From Salpingoeca rosetta (taxonomy: Eukaryota > Protista > Choanoflagellata): a DNA stretch of 64,000 bases. The stretch spans positions 125,708 to 189,707 of the forward strand of contig JAWQFM010000012.1 of assembly GCA_033442325.1 (NCBI GenBank), written 5' to 3'. The stretch's first letter is position 1. Every line of letters starts with the position of its first letter. The notes under the pieces were generated by a model. The model ran no database searches. It was not told the origin of the DNA and saw only the letters and a program-made list of their open reading frames with translations. The position numbers and the translations under genes were made by a program. Shown piece after piece: positions 62,066 through 64,000 of the stretch.

Positions 62066-62309
62066 CACTTAATTGATTCTCTGTTTAGACTTTCGATATA
62101 CCTTTGGTTTGCCGAAAGATCACAAAAATATAATATATCTCGTGTAGGGCCGCTGGATCTGCTCTCAGAAGAGACATGATAGTGGGGTGGCGTTCACCTG
62201 GTGTTTGGTTGTTTCTCTCCTCACCTCTGCTCACTCTGCTTATACTTCATTCTAAAGTCTGCTCTGCTTACCTCTGCATACCTCTGCCTACCTCTGCCCT
62301 CAGTTCCTT

Positions 62310-62380
<71 letters not shown>

Positions 62381-62483
62381 ACACACACAGACAGAGACAG
62401 AGACAGAGACACACACACACACAGACACTCACACGCTCACACGCTCACACAATGTCATTCACTGTTACCTTTGCGGCTGGCAG

Positions 62484-62899
62484 GAGCTCGGCAGTGCCGT
62501 GTCGAAGCTGGCGTGGGCGCACCCATATTATGGTCAACTGATTGCTTGTGCAGGATACCGAGGGCACCTGAGCATCTTCGCTGAAGAGCGTGCGTGCGCT
62601 ATGTGCTGCACACGCATGTGTGTGAACAACTGCACGTACATGTGTGCATGTGTGCGTGTGAACAAGTGCACGTGCGTGACTGCTTGGACATGTTCTCTCA
62701 AATCTCTGTCAACCCACTTGTGCGACCACTGCCGCCCTCCGCAACTGACTGCACTGCAGCTGGAGCCGAGCTGCAGCAAGGACAGATGACGTGGGCAGCC
62801 CGCATGGACTTTTCCGACACACACGCGATCACAGACCTCCGCTTTGCGCCCCAGCAGCTCGGCCTTATCCTCGTGCGTATGCGTTATGTGTATGTGTGT

Positions 62900-62930
<31 letters not shown>

Positions 62931-62989
62931 GAAAGTGGGTGAGCGAGTCAGTGTGAGTTGGCGTGCGTGTGTGAGCATGTGAATGCAAG

Positions 62990-63062
<73 letters not shown>

Positions 63063-63645
63063 ACCGAGTGAGCATGCGGTTGCATGGTGTGTGGAGGGTG
63101 CGACACGATGTGCGTGCTTTGCACAGTGCTTGCGAGTTCACTCACACCCTTTGTCCTCTCCATCATATCGCACGTCCCCAAACCCTCGCAGGTTGCATGT
63201 TATGCCGACGGGTTTGTGCGTTTTCTCAAGGCCGAGGCCCCATTTGAGCCTGTCGAGTGGCGCGTTGTGGTGAGTCGACAGTCATGCATCCAATACACAA
63301 GCATCATTCTTGCTGCTGCTACTGCCACATGTTCCCAATCGTGCAGCGTTTCATGTCATGCATCCTCCCAATTGTGCCATCTCCCAATCGTGCATGTCCC
63401 ACCCTCCTCTCGTCCTCTCATGGCACGGTGCAATGGTGCAACGGTGCAACGGTGCAGGTGTCTGCGAACCTGCGCGGGTCTGGGGTGCCGACTGTGGACT
63501 GGTGCGAGCGGCGGACGTGGGATTACGTCATGGCGCTCGGCGCACGCGAGGGCGACCACGGTGTCCGCCTCTACCACTACGACCAGGAATCCCTGTACGC
63601 TTCTGTAGAGGAGTGTGTGTGTGTGTGTGTGTGTGTGCGTGTGTG

Positions 63646-63684
<39 letters not shown>

Positions 63685-64000
63685 GTGTGTGTGTGTGTGT
63701 GTGCGTGTGTGTGTGTGTGCGTGCGTGTGCGTGTGCGTGTGCGTTTGCGTGTGCGTGTGCGTGCGTGTGCACATGTGATTATGCAAGGCCAATATGTGGT
63801 GTGTTTACCACACATTCCTTGTCCCTCCTGATCCCATCCACCGTCCTTTCACCCCCTCCTTTCGTTCGTCCCTTCACCTGCGTTCTTCACTGCAGGGAGC
63901 TTGACATGGCTGAAAAAGTTCAGGCTGAGCCTGCCACCAGCATTGCCTTTGCGCCAGCAATGGGCAGGTCCGTGTCTATGCACGTGTGTGTATATGTATG
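62484..64000 (+). CDS. SEH1: SEH1/SEC13-family WD40 protein, partial (5' exons not visible; continues past right edge)
   Basis: [61 protein letters not shown]. These match the Seh1 motifs WAHPEFGQ, DVKFAPKHMGL and FAPNLGR. Confidence 0.75.

Overview
Gene-dense, intron-rich eukaryotic DNA in which almost every intron is filled with (GT)n/(CA)n microsatellites. Gene content and style suggest a flagellated unicellular holozoan, most likely the choanoflagellate Salpingoeca rosetta (inference, not verified). Hand-spliced GT-AG models, in order: FANCM-like helicase (-, runs off the left edge), SPT16 (-), a PWWP-C2H2-ELM2-SANT-GATA chromatin protein (+), UFM1 (-), INPP5E with a CaaX end (+), S28 serine peptidase (+), hydroxylysine-kinase-like phosphotransferase (-), LIMK/TESK-type kinase (+), SRP68 (+), intronless divergent NF-YA (-), IFT81 (+), NDUFA5 (-), an intronless secreted coiled-coil plus 7-repeat beta-propeller protein (+), a candidate 44-aa microprotein (-), an intron-containing tRNA-Met(CAT) and a partial SEH1-like WD40 gene (+). 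There are three N gaps. Most ORF-track entries (poly-CV or poly-HT) are microsatellite translations. Best leads: (1) an MTA/RERE-like corepressor with PWWP where animals have BAH; (2) introns whose splice sites are formed by or abut dinucleotide repeats with no polypyrimidine tract; (3) the secreted propeller protein; (4) an NF-YA with altered DNA-contact residues; (5) a foreign-looking 240-bp insert inside an intronic (TG)n. Exon boundaries were read by eye and may be off by a few bases.
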